Notes: generated by a model from the sequence alone, not told the origin. A stretch of 63,234 bases of DNA from a bacterium (GCA_043811915.1 JBDRMS010000011.1:1-63234), one strand, 5' to 3'. Positions 16,519 through 25,460 are shown, numbered from the stretch's first letter. Made by a program: numbers and translations.

Positions 16519-17923
16519 CTCCTTGCTTCATAGTTTCCAGTATAGTATCTCTCCTTTTATTCGTATAGTTGCCAATTGTCAGAAATCGTTGACACAATAA
16601 GCGCACTTCGGCCGCTATACGCCGTATTTCATCCGAACGATCCATTGTCATCTCAAATTCATCAAATTCTTGCCCACCCCATGGTCTGCATATTTCCAGT
16701 ACCTGTGCCATCCAGTCGGCAATATACTCCATATCATCCTCCTTCATGCCCCGCGTTGTTACCCAGGGCGTTCCCAGTCGCAAAGCCGAAGGATCGGCTG
16801 GCGAGCGCGTCTCCTGCGGCATAGTGTTAAAATTAACCACCAGTCCCGCATAATCCAGAGCCCGAGCCAGCTTCTTTCCCAACAGCGGCGCTTTGTCGGT
16901 TAAATCAATCAGCACTAAGTGTTTATCAGTTCCTCCCGCCACCAGCTTAAAATCACGTCTCGCCAACTCTTCCGCCAGCCGCTTGGCGTTACTCACCACT
17001 CGCCGGGCATACTCCTTGAATTCCGGCTTTAACACCTCCCCCAACCCCACACAAATACCGGCTACGTTGTGATTGTGCGGGCCACCTTGTAAACCCGGCA
17101 GCACCGCCTTGTTTATTTTCTTTATCAAATCCCACTGTGCCAATATAATAGCCCCTCGCCCCGCCCGCAGCGTTTTATGGGTTGTCATAGTTACAATATC
17201 TGCTACTCCAACCGGCGAGGGAATAATGCCGGCCGCCACCAGCCCCGCCTCATGAGCAATATCAGCCATATACAACGCCCCCACCGTCTCGGCTATTGTT
17301 TTTATCTCCTGATGATTAATCAGTCTGGGATAAGCCGTACCCCCGGTAATAATCAGTTTGGGCTTGTAATCTCTGGCAATTCTGGCAATTTCGTTATAAT
17401 CAAAAAGCTGTGTTTTCGGGTTCGTTTTGTACTGCACCGTCTCAAACATACGCGACGTAATGTGCACCTTGCGGCTGCCGCCTAAATACACCAGCTGATT
17501 CGGGTCCGCCTTCTCTCTGGGCTCATAAGACCAGCCGTGCGACAAGTGACCCCCGTCCGGCAGATACATACCCATCATGGTATCCCCCGCTTCCATCACT
17601 GCCAGATAAACCGCCAAATTGGCGTTGCTGCCCGATAACGCCTGCACATTTACATCCCAGTCATCCGGTAAATTAAACGCCCGCCGCGCCCGGCTTATAG
17701 TCAGGCTCTCCAGTTCATCAACGTGCTGGTTCCCCTCGTAATATCGTCGATCCACATTGCCCTCCGAATATTTGTGCATAAACACCGACCCCACCGCTTC
17801 TCGCACCGCCGGGGAAAAGAAATTCTCCGAGGGAATTAAAGACAACTTATTCTGCTGCCGCTCCTCTTCGGCTCTAACGATGCCAAACACCACCGGGTCC
17901 ATTTTTTCGAGAGCGCCACTCAT
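16499..17923 (-). CDS. glyA: Serine hydroxymethyltransferase
   Basis: PLP-lysine motif TTHKTLRAGRG and full-length SHMT-like sequence. ATGA overlap with the upstream thyX-like gene. Confidence 0.93.
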   Translation of the reverse strand: MSGALEKMDPVVFGIVRAEEERQQNKLSLIPSENFFSPAVREAVGSVFMHKYSEGNVDRRYYEGNQHVDELESLTISRARRAFNLPDDWDVNVQALSGSNANLAVYLAVMEAGDTMMGMYLPDGGHLSHGWSYEPREKADPNQLVYLGGSRKVHITSRMFETVQYKTNPKTQLFDYNEIARIARDYKPKLIITGGTAYPRLINHQEIKTIAETVGALYMADIAHEAGLVAAGIIPSPVGVADIVTMTTHKTLRAGRGAIILAQWDLIKKINKAVLPGLQGGPHNHNVAGICVGLGEVLKPEFKEYARRVVSNAKRLAEELARRDFKLVAGGTDKHLVLIDLTDKAPLLGKKLARALDYAGLVVNFNTMPQETRSPADPSALRLGTPWVTTRGMKEDDMEYIADWMAQVLEICRPWGGQEFDEFEMTMDRSDEIRRIAAEVRLLCQRFLTIGNYTNKRRDTILETMKQGGELYGE

Positions 17924-19626
17924 GTCGCCACCCCCGATAATTCTTTTAGCTTGGCCTGAATTTTTTCTTCCTGCCCCCGCCGGGCAAAATCATATTTTCC
18001 CATATTAACACGCATGTGCCACGCTATTAAAGGATACACCTTTTCAATCAATCGAAACTTCTCCTGCTCAATAAATCTATAATCCGAATGTCCCTCTGGA
18101 ATAGTACGCAGTTCCATTTCCCAGAAACACGCCCGCAGGTTCTGCCACTGCATAAACCGCACCCGATGGGCCAAGGTCACCGCATACTGCGCCAATTCAT
18201 GGTCATGCGAGGCAATCTTTTCATACACCCCTTCCGCCCGTTCAACTGCCAAGCGGAAAGCTCCCGCCAGGCCTGCCTCCTCTATATCCGCCGGCACATC
18301 ATAACCATGTTGAATACAAAACTGCTGGCGCTGTTGCGTTAACATGCGATGCCGATGCAGATCCCGCCAACCTCCGATATTCATAATAACTTCAAACCTG
18401 ACGTAAGCACTTTCAAAAGCACGCCCCACTTTTTGCCAACGCTCTCCCCGCCCACTAAGATATTGGTTAATAATTTCTTTCTTACTCAATTCGCTCATCC
18501 CCCGCACCTTGACCAACGTGTCCCCCCATGATGCTCGGTTGGCCGAAGCTGAATACAGCATAGCCGTAATAATTTTCGTCTCGCCTTCACTGTCACTCTC
18601 AACCAAGGTCACCCGCGGACAACTGCCCGCTCCGGCCATCTCCGGCTGCAAATCCGCCAGGTGCTTTCCCGCCAGCGGCGCTACCCGTTGATTGCGACGC
18701 GCCATGTATTCCTGGTACTGCTCCGCCGCTCCCCGCGAGCCGGTATCTTTCAAACGCCGCAAAAATGACGGCACTATTTTGTACAATTCCCGATACGCTT
18801 CCTCCGCCGCCCAACGAATCTCCCCCAGGCGATGCCTGGCACTGCGTGCAATCATGTATTCAAAAGCCTGGCCGTTACCAAACAAGGCTAGTTGCGACAA
18901 GGTTGCTGCCGGTAACAAGCCCCGCACCGCGTCAAACGCCTTTTTCTCCAACACAGACACATTCTCCTTAGGCCAGCGTTTACCCAACCATACTTTAAGC
19001 TTTTCCTTTAGTTCCTCATACGTTTCAAACAACCCGTCCATCGCTTCCCGATATTCATTCTCCAAACCATAACCCATTAGCCGCGGGTCAGTGTAATATC
19101 GCCATTGCCCTCCCATCTTACTCGAATAATCCACATACCTGGTCGACTTCTCAATCGGAGCCAAGCCAATGCGCTGATCTTCAAAATGCTTTATCGCTAT
19201 TTGCGATATCCCTGTAAACACCAGGTGGGTCCCGGCCATCTGGGCAATTGAATCATCACCAAACTGCGCCAGCCACTTGTTATAAAAATTGCGGGCTCTC
19301 GGATTGGAAAAAATACTTTCTACCGGATGCTCGTGCAAAAATTCAACAAAAGCCTGTAAGTCATGCCCATATTTCTCCTCCGACTCCAAAAAAGGCTTCA
19401 GATATTCATCCAAAAATACTCGGCGCAGGTCTCCCTCCGCCCGAGACGTGCGCGAACACAAGGCACCAATTATTTCCGGTGAAAAAACAACTGGCACATA
19501 TACCGACCTATCAAGATTAGTAAAAAACGGAGACAACATCTCCGCCTCCCGCCACCCAAAACTATCCCGTTCAAAGGGCGGCGCAAACTCCGCCAGCTCT
19601 ATTTCGTCATCTGACATCCTATCCAT
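17920..19626 (-). CDS. thyX: Long-form (tandem-domain) FAD-dependent thymidylate synthase ThyX-like protein
   Basis: The C-terminal half carries WRDLHRHRMLTQQ (RHR ThyX motif). The N-terminal half has a degenerate copy (FGDDSIAQMAG...IEKSTRYVDY). Translationally coupled to glyA. Confidence 0.6.
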   Translation of the reverse strand: MDRMSDDEIELAEFAPPFERDSFGWREAEMLSPFFTNLDRSVYVPVVFSPEIIGALCSRTSRAEGDLRRVFLDEYLKPFLESEEKYGHDLQAFVEFLHEHPVESIFSNPRARNFYNKWLAQFGDDSIAQMAGTHLVFTGISQIAIKHFEDQRIGLAPIEKSTRYVDYSSKMGGQWRYYTDPRLMGYGLENEYREAMDGLFETYEELKEKLKVWLGKRWPKENVSVLEKKAFDAVRGLLPAATLSQLALFGNGQAFEYMIARSARHRLGEIRWAAEEAYRELYKIVPSFLRRLKDTGSRGAAEQYQEYMARRNQRVAPLAGKHLADLQPEMAGAGSCPRVTLVESDSEGETKIITAMLYSASANRASWGDTLVKVRGMSELSKKEIINQYLSGRGERWQKVGRAFESAYVRFEVIMNIGGWRDLHRHRMLTQQRQQFCIQHGYDVPADIEEAGLAGAFRLAVERAEGVYEKIASHDHELAQYAVTLAHRVRFMQWQNLRACFWEMELRTIPEGHSDYRFIEQEKFRLIEKVYPLIAWHMRVNMGKYDFARRGQEEKIQAKLKELSGVAT

Positions 19627-19636
19627 ACTTCCACAC

Positions 19637-20638
19637 TCACTCCTCTATTGCAAAAAACTCCCGCGCGATTTCCCAATAAGCCGGATTATCATTAATCTCT
19701 TTTTCCCAGTACCAGTATTCCGCTCCCCACCAGTAGGCCTCGGGTAGCTGCGTCCTCTGCGCAAATCTTTGCAGCTGCTGCATACGTGCCGGGGAAAAAG
19801 ACGCCTGTCGCTCCTCATTGCTTATATAAATATACGGCCCGCTGCCCCACGGCTCGCCCTGCAGTTCGGCAATAATAACCTCCTTGCCGCGAATCAGCTT
19901 CACCAGACGCGCCTTAGCCCGATACAACCAGGAGGGAAAAATGTAGTCGTAACTAAACAACCTGTGCGTGCGGCCGGAAAACACAGTCCGGTACATAGTC
20001 GTTCCCAGTACATCCCCATACCGCGCCGCCGGCAGCCACGAATTAAGCTCGCCTGAATCTGTTACTAAAATTGGATGGTCGCTATCCAGTGTTCGTATCA
20101 CCGCTTCTTCCTGCGCTAAAAAAGCATGATCCTCCGGCGGACACTCGCCAAAATCAAACAAGGGTTCGTTCTCCAACTGCCACATAGTCAAGGCGGGATG
20201 TCCCTTATATCGTTCCACCACAGCCCATAGCATTTCCAGTATCCTTCTCTGTTTCTCTTCCTCTGTTCGACTCTGAACCCACTCCGGTTCATGACATTCC
20301 GGCCAGCGCGGCAGCTTTCGTCCTATCGCCAATATAACCGCGGCCCCCTTCTCCGCTGCCCTGTCCATTTGATAATCCAGATCTTCGAAATCAGGCCTCT
20401 CCTCCTCTGGCTCAATCCGGTCCCAGTAAGCGCTAAGCCTGACGCGTCTCACTCCCAAATCATCCAGCAGCGCGTCATAAGTCTGCCGCCAGTCCAGTCC
20501 AATCCAATCCGCCTGCGGCGCCGAGAAAGACACGCCGTAAACCTGCCGCGGAGAATTTAAACTAGGCCGGGCAAGCAAGATGCCTAAAGCAGCAACCGTA
20601 ACCAGTAACCAGTAACTGGTAACTGGTAACTTCCTCAT
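19637..20638 (-). CDS. Secreted clan GH-A glycoside hydrolase (GH5/GH42-like)
   Basis: Signal peptide MRKLPVTSYWLLVTVAALG. MWQLENEP acid/base-like motif and IIAELQGEPW nucleophile-like motif. Confidence 0.6.
   Translation of the reverse strand: MRKLPVTSYWLLVTVAALGILLARPSLNSPRQVYGVSFSAPQADWIGLDWRQTYDALLDDLGVRRVRLSAYWDRIEPEEERPDFEDLDYQMDRAAEKGAAVILAIGRKLPRWPECHEPEWVQSRTEEEKQRRILEMLWAVVERYKGHPALTMWQLENEPLFDFGECPPEDHAFLAQEEAVIRTLDSDHPILVTDSGELNSWLPAARYGDVLGTTMYRTVFSGRTHRLFSYDYIFPSWLYRAKARLVKLIRGKEVIIAELQGEPWGSGPYIYISNEERQASFSPARMQQLQRFAQRTQLPEAYWWGAEYWYWEKEINDNPAYWEIAREFFAIEE
20599..20631. repeat. Heptamer-repeat block TAACCAGTAACCAGTAACTGGTAACTGGTAACT; left arm of a 33-nt inverted repeat
   Basis: It matches the reverse complement of 24000-24032 at 31 of 33 positions. 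It lies in codons 3-13 of the GH-A gene. Confidence 0.8.
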
Positions 20639-21615
20639 ACCAGCAACGCAACGCCCAGACTAACCAGCACAATACCGCCGATCTTTTGCCAGACTGCTAC
20701 CTGGGAAATCTCTTCTTTGAACAGCCTCGGCCACCAGACAGAAATCACCGCCGCCAACAACAATAAAAACACATACTGTGTCCCCTGCAGAGCGTTGGCC
20801 ACCGTCACGCTGCCCAAACTAATCGCGTAATTGAGCAGAATAAAGGCTCCAGCGGCCAGTGCCTTGTTGGCAACGAAGACAGCTGGAATAAGCAAGCCGA
20901 AACGAGCGGCGGGTGACGCGGCGGGATACCGGCGCCGAGGAACATTAAGCGCGAAGCGCGACTGTGGCCGCAGGCGGCCGGAGGGCTCCCGCCGCGGCAG
21001 GACCCGCCGCGACAACACAAAAAACAAAAACAACACCACCGCCACAACCGCCTGCACCACTCTGCTATATGCAAACACAGCCAGAAACACATCTGTATTC
21101 TCATAAATATACTTCATCACCGCGTAGTAACCGGCAAAAAACAGACCACTAATCACCGCTCCCGCCACCACGGATACCGACAATCCTCTGACCTTCAAAA
21201 ACTGCACGGACAAAAACAATCCGCCAATAATCAACAAAAAGACAGCTAGCAAGCTTCGTGTACTCAACACTTCTCCCAAAAATATCACCGCCAACAACAA
21301 TGTGAACGCCGGTACCGCTGACCCGGCAATCGGCACCACCCGCGACGGCTCGCCCTTCTTTAGCGCCGTAAAGAAAAACCACAACGCCACAATATAAAAA
21401 ACGGCCGCCAGTGCCGACCAACCCACAATAAACATCGTTAATGGCACATACCCAAATACCAACAATACCGCCGCCACCCCCGCCAGCACGGCCGAATAAA
21501 AAGTATAGCGCAATGGGTCGCTCACCCGCGAGCTACCACCCAATAAACTTTTATCAACCACAAACACCAGCGCATTGCCCGCATGCGCCACCACCGCCAG
21601 CAGAAGCCAGATCAT
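20635..21615 (-). CDS. EamA/DMT-family transporter with an unusually long Arg-rich central loop
   Basis: Ten predicted TM helices in two 5-TM halves. The central loop is RRVLPRREPSGRLRPQSRFALNVPRRRYPAASPAARFG. Confidence 0.75.
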   Translation of the reverse strand: MIWLLLAVVAHAGNALVFVVDKSLLGGSSRVSDPLRYTFYSAVLAGVAAVLLVFGYVPLTMFIVGWSALAAVFYIVALWFFFTALKKGEPSRVVPIAGSAVPAFTLLLAVIFLGEVLSTRSLLAVFLLIIGGLFLSVQFLKVRGLSVSVVAGAVISGLFFAGYYAVMKYIYENTDVFLAVFAYSRVVQAVVAVVLFLFFVLSRRVLPRREPSGRLRPQSRFALNVPRRRYPAASPAARFGLLIPAVFVANKALAAGAFILLNYAISLGSVTVANALQGTQYVFLLLLAAVISVWWPRLFKEEISQVAVWQKIGGIVLVSLGVALLV

Positions 21616-21680
21616 GAGCTAACTATAGCGTAAACCATCAACAAGTCCGCCAAGCGTCACGGATCAGGCCGCGTATATCA

Positions 21681-21708
21681 TTGCCGCGCCGACTCATTCA
21701 TGATAATT
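21681..21708 (+). promoter_or_regulatory. Putative promoter TTGCCG-N15/16-(G)ATAAT(T), ending 7-8 nt before the ATG at 21716 (leaderless-type)
   Basis: Hexamers read directly. There is no Shine-Dalgarno before the ATG. Confidence 0.35.
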
Positions 21709-21715
21709 TCAAAAC

Positions 21716-21988
21716 ATGCCCCGTCGGAAAAAGATGAACGGCGACGAACCCGCCACCCAGCATGATCTGTCTCTTTTATCCAGCCAGATGACAACTCGCC
21801 TGGACCGCCTGGAGGGAAAGTTTGACAAACTGGGGATGGGGCAGAAAGAGTTGAAAGAAGACGTAACTAGCCTCAAGAGAAGCCAAGAAGCTATCCTAAA
21901 CGTCGTCCAATCAATCGACACCCAGCTGCGGGAACACAAAACACATCCTGCCAGAATCCGCCGCCTGGAGCGTTCGGTGTTCCGCTAA
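21716..21988 (+). CDS. Small coiled-coil protein (90 aa), paralog of 1261-1575
   Basis: See the alignment under 1261-1575. It is the only plus-strand gene in a long minus-strand run. Confidence 0.6.
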   Translation: MPRRKKMNGDEPATQHDLSLLSSQMTTRLDRLEGKFDKLGMGQKELKEDVTSLKRSQEAILNVVQSIDTQLREHKTHPARIRRLERSVFR

Positions 21989-22000
21989 TCTCCCCAGGCA

Positions 22001-22429
22001 TTACTTATCCACATACGACAGAACAGCTCTACAGTAGCGTGGGTACAGCTTAAGCACCTTTTTTCTACTGGCATCAATCCGCTTTGCGTCCACTCTGTCA
22101 TATTCATGCACCAGCACATTGCGCACCGCCCCGCTGCCGGCTATGTCGGCCGCCAGCTCCGGCGGCAGCGCTCCCATCTTGCCCATCAGCTCAAAAGTCT
22201 CCCGGTAGCTGGCCGGAGACTGCAGCAGCTTCGGATCCGTGTCAGCAATAATGTGGTGGTTAATGTCAATCGCCCGCTGAATAATCTGCTGCATAATGTT
22301 GTTGAAAGCGTGGTGCTGAATAGGGTCGGCAAAAATCTCCGCCATAGTCTTATCCTTGAAATCAACCAAGAGCGCCAAGTCATCAGTTATCGCCTGCACC
22401 TTCTGTTGAATGTACTCCCTGTCTGTCAT
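22001..22429 (-). CDS. hepT: HEPN-domain toxin, HepT/DUF86 family
   Basis: RNVLVHEY (Rx4HxY) motif near the C-terminus. ATGA overlap with the upstream nucleotidyltransferase gene. Confidence 0.85.
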   Translation of the reverse strand: MTDREYIQQKVQAITDDLALLVDFKDKTMAEIFADPIQHHAFNNIMQQIIQRAIDINHHIIADTDPKLLQSPASYRETFELMGKMGALPPELAADIAGSGAVRNVLVHEYDRVDAKRIDASRKKVLKLYPRYCRAVLSYVDK

Positions 22430-22815
22430 AAAGCCGCCAGCCGCTTGCGTCGAAAAGACTCTCTGATGAGATCCAAATCATAACGGGCATCGTGCCGCAG
22501 CGCGAAAGCGTAGGATCGGAAGCGGGCAAAAGCCGTATGGTCCCCCGCCAGAAATTGTGCCGTCCCCATAACCGAAAACAGAAAATAAGGGTTCTCCGAA
22601 TGCAGTGAGCGCAAGTCCACCTCCCGCCCAAACGCCTCCGCCAACATTTCCGCCAGCTTCTGCTCCTGCCGGGCCGACAGCGGCCCTCCGGCGCCCGTTG
22701 CCCGATAACCCACATCAACGTCGCTCTCCGCGTGTGCGCCTCCGCGCGCTTGAGATCCGAACAAAGCCAAAAAAGCCAGGCCGAATTTCTTGGCTATGAC
22801 CTCCATCTTCTTCAT
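22426..22815 (-). CDS. mntA: Minimal nucleotidyltransferase antitoxin, MntA family (start moved to the internal ATG)
   Basis: FGSQARGGAHAESDVDVG (GSxxRG...DxD) motif. The start MKKMEV at 22815 removes the overlap with the GH1 gene. Confidence 0.8.
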   Translation of the reverse strand: MKKMEVIAKKFGLAFLALFGSQARGGAHAESDVDVGYRATGAGGPLSARQEQKLAEMLAEAFGREVDLRSLHSENPYFLFSVMGTAQFLAGDHTAFARFRSYAFALRHDARYDLDLIRESFRRKRLAAL

Positions 22816-22859
22816 CTGTCCACCGCTAATCACCATGCCACTAAGTGTAGCGCCGCCTC

Positions 22860-23978
22860 TCACTTAAATCCACCGCCCGCGCTTTCAATAATCGCCTTAT
22901 AGACATACGCGCTCGGCCGCACCTTGCGCTCCATCGTTTTATAATCCACCTCCACCAGACCAAAGCGCGGGGCGAAGCCTTTTTCCCATTCGAAATTATC
23001 CAGCAACGCCCAGTGCAAATACCCCTTAACGTCCGCCCCTTGCCTCTGTGCCTCTTCAATCGCTCGCAGATGATCCCGGATAAAATCAGCCCGCCGGCTG
23101 TCATCTGCATCCGCCAGACCATTTTCCGTCACATAAATCGGCAAATTATACCGCTTCATATCAACCAGCGCCCGCGTCAAACCCTCCGCACAAATCGGCC
23201 AATCTAAATCCGATTTCGGCCCCTGCCACGGCTTATTCTGATCAACAAAATAATAATTAACGCCAATATAGTCGTGCCGGCCGCGCGTCAAACTAAAAAA
23301 GTAATGGTTAAACCAGTAATTTTTCAATCTCTGCTCGGGAGAATAACCAATAACATGCTTGGCCAAACCCACCCGCGCCAGTGGGCTAGCCCGATGAATA
23401 ATCCGATAGGCTCGCCGATGCGCCGCTGCCATATTTTTTAGCACCCTCCACATCGACCAGACATTTTTCTTCTGTGGCGGCCAGCAACCGTGCCAGTATG
23501 CTTGGCTGGCATAAACTACCGGCTCGTTAATTGTCACCCAGAAATCAATTAAATCCCCCAGTCGATTTATTATTATTTCAACATATCGAGTAAACTCCTC
23601 AATTGCCTCTCTGCTAACCCACCCACCGCTCTTTGCCAACCACAGTGGATTAGTAAAATGATGCAGGGTTACAAAAGAAATCATGTTCTGCTTTTTCAGT
23701 TCCTCCAGTACTTGCCGATAGTGTTTTAGGGCCTGCTCATTCCACTTCCCTTTTTCATTCTCAATCCTGCTCCACTCCAGTGACAGGCGGTAAGCGTTGT
23801 GCCCCAGACTTTTTGCCAAAGCAAAATCCTCCTTAAAACGAGAATAATGATCGGCCGCCCGACCAGAAGAGGTAACCCCCGGCGTATTCTGTTCCCACTC
23901 CCACCAGTCATTATGCGTATTATTACCTTCAACCTGGTGAGCACTGGTCGCCGCCCCCCAAATAAATGGCTCCGTCAT
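22860..23978 (-). CDS. GH1 beta-glucosidase (short, 372 aa)
   Basis: TINEP acid/base motif, YVTENG nucleophile motif, and a WGAATSAHQVEG N-terminus. Confidence 0.88.
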   Translation of the reverse strand: MTEPFIWGAATSAHQVEGNNTHNDWWEWEQNTPGVTSSGRAADHYSRFKEDFALAKSLGHNAYRLSLEWSRIENEKGKWNEQALKHYRQVLEELKKQNMISFVTLHHFTNPLWLAKSGGWVSREAIEEFTRYVEIIINRLGDLIDFWVTINEPVVYASQAYWHGCWPPQKKNVWSMWRVLKNMAAAHRRAYRIIHRASPLARVGLAKHVIGYSPEQRLKNYWFNHYFFSLTRGRHDYIGVNYYFVDQNKPWQGPKSDLDWPICAEGLTRALVDMKRYNLPIYVTENGLADADDSRRADFIRDHLRAIEEAQRQGADVKGYLHWALLDNFEWEKGFAPRFGLVEVDYKTMERKVRPSAYVYKAIIESAGGGFK

Positions 23979-23999
23979 CCCTCCATTGTACCAATTACC

Positions 24000-24032
24000 A
24001 GTTACTAGTTACTAGTTACTGGTTACTGGTTA
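24000..24032. repeat. Heptamer-repeat block AGTTACTAGTTACTAGTTACTGGTTACTGGTTA; right arm of the 33-nt inverted repeat
   Basis: Reverse complement TAACCAGTAACCAGTAACTAGTAACTAGTAACT versus 20599-20631 shows 2 mismatches. It spans the last codons and stop of rpoD and the spacer before the GH1 start. Confidence 0.8.
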
Positions 24033-24859
24033 ACTCGCTGCACGTTTTGTCGCTGACGCAATCGCATCAAAGCTACGTTCTGTAATTGCCTTACCCGCTC
24101 ACGACTAATACCAAATTCTGCCCCGATTTCTTCTAATGTGTATGGTCGCTCCCCGCTCAAACCAAATCGCAACTCCACAATTCTCTTTTCTCTTGGCGGC
24201 AAAGTATTAACCGCCTCCCGCACATCATTACGCACCAGCTCTCTTTGTGTTTCCTGCTTCGGGCTCAAAGCTTCCGTGTCCTCAATCAAATCTCGTAATT
24301 GCGTCTCATCCTCCCCTTCTCTCCCTCGCACCGTCGCCTCCAGCGACACTATATCCACGCTGGCTTCTTCCAATCTAAGCAAGGCACCCATAGACATACC
24401 CATCTCCTTCGCCAGCTCCTCCGACATTGGCCAGCGTCCCAGAACCTGATATAGTCGCTGCCTCATTCGCTGCATAGCCAGCACCTGGTCCGCCACATTC
24501 TCCGGTAAACGCACCAGTCGGCGAGATTTTAGCGCCCGTAAAATTGCCTGGCGAATCCAATACACTCCGTATGTTGAGAATCGTGTTTTAAACTCCGGCT
24601 TAAACCTGTCCACTGCCCGCATTAAACCAATGTTTCCCTCCTGAATAAGATCTAACAGCGCCTCCGAGTCATTCCCCCTGGCATATTGTTTCGCAATGTT
24701 AACTACCAATCTTAAATTAGCCTTCATCATCTGCTGGCGGGCACTTTCGTCCCCCTCTTCCTGAATACGCCTGGCCAGCTCCGCCTCTTCTTCAGCCGTT
24801 AAAAGCGGCGTCTCCCCAATCTCTTCCAGATATTGTCGTAGCGTTGATCTCTCCTGCAT
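24023..24859 (-). CDS. rpoD: Sigma-70 family RNA polymerase sigma factor (short RpoD/SigA-like, no region 1.1)
   Basis: YLEEIGETPLLTAEEE (region 1.2), LIQEGNIGLMRAVDRF...YWIRQAI (region 2), and TLEEIGAEFGISRERVRQL (region 4.2). Confidence 0.9.
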   Translation of the reverse strand: MQERSTLRQYLEEIGETPLLTAEEEAELARRIQEEGDESARQQMMKANLRLVVNIAKQYARGNDSEALLDLIQEGNIGLMRAVDRFKPEFKTRFSTYGVYWIRQAILRALKSRRLVRLPENVADQVLAMQRMRQRLYQVLGRWPMSEELAKEMGMSMGALLRLEEASVDIVSLEATVRGREGEDETQLRDLIEDTEALSPKQETQRELVRNDVREAVNTLPPREKRIVELRFGLSGERPYTLEEIGAEFGISRERVRQLQNVALMRLRQRQNVQRVNQ

Positions 24860-24893
24860 GGACTATGCAGTAAAGCAAAAAAACCCGCACCAG

Positions 24894-25460
24894 TCAATGT
24901 CCCGTGGCTCTCTCCAGATACTGACCAGATCGGGTATCAATCCTGATTGTGTCGCCCTCCTTGATAAATAATGGCGCCTTTACTTTAACTCCCCCCTCCA
25001 CTTCTATTTCCTTCATTACATTTGTTGATGTATCACCCTTCACACCCGGTGGAGCAGTAATTACTTTTCTATCAATTTTAATCGGCAACTCCACGGCCAC
25101 CGGCGCTCCATCAAACAACAACAAAGTCGCTTCTTGCCCCTCCAGCAAAAACCTAGTCATTTCTCCTACCACTTCCTGCCCCAACTCCGCTTGTTCATAA
25201 GTGCCCTGATCCATAAAGGTATATTTGTTTCCATCCGCATATAAAAACTGGTTCGGCTTGCGTTCAATATTGGCCTCCATAATTTTATCCGACTGCATAA
25301 ACGTATGCTCTTTTACCCGTCCTGTTCCCAAGTGTTTTAACGTAGCGCGCACCACCGGCCGCCGCTGCTGTTTCCGCAAAAATTCAGCCGACATCGTAAG
25401 ATACGGTTCTCCCTCCAGTACTATTGCCACGCCCTTGCGGACGTCATTCATGCCTAACAT
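24894..25460 (-). CDS. efp: Translation elongation factor P
   Basis: It aligns by eye to E. coli EF-P across all three domains (LEGEPY..., GDTIRIDTRSGQYLER). The start is taken at an internal ATG (25460 or 25451) so that it no longer overlaps the upstream ORF. Confidence 0.9.
   Translation of the reverse strand: MLGMNDVRKGVAIVLEGEPYLTMSAEFLRKQQRRPVVRATLKHLGTGRVKEHTFMQSDKIMEANIERKPNQFLYADGNKYTFMDQGTYEQAELGQEVVGEMTRFLLEGQEATLLLFDGAPVAVELPIKIDRKVITAPPGVKGDTSTNVMKEIEVEGGVKVKAPLFIKEGDTIRIDTRSGQYLERATGH

Noticed and set aside
20599-24032. Calling the inverted-repeat-bracketed segment an insertion sequence or transposon
   Set aside because: There is no transposase or recombinase inside and no target-site duplication that I could identify. 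One arm lies within a signal-peptide coding region. It is reported as an unexplained inverted repeat pair rather than as a mobile element.
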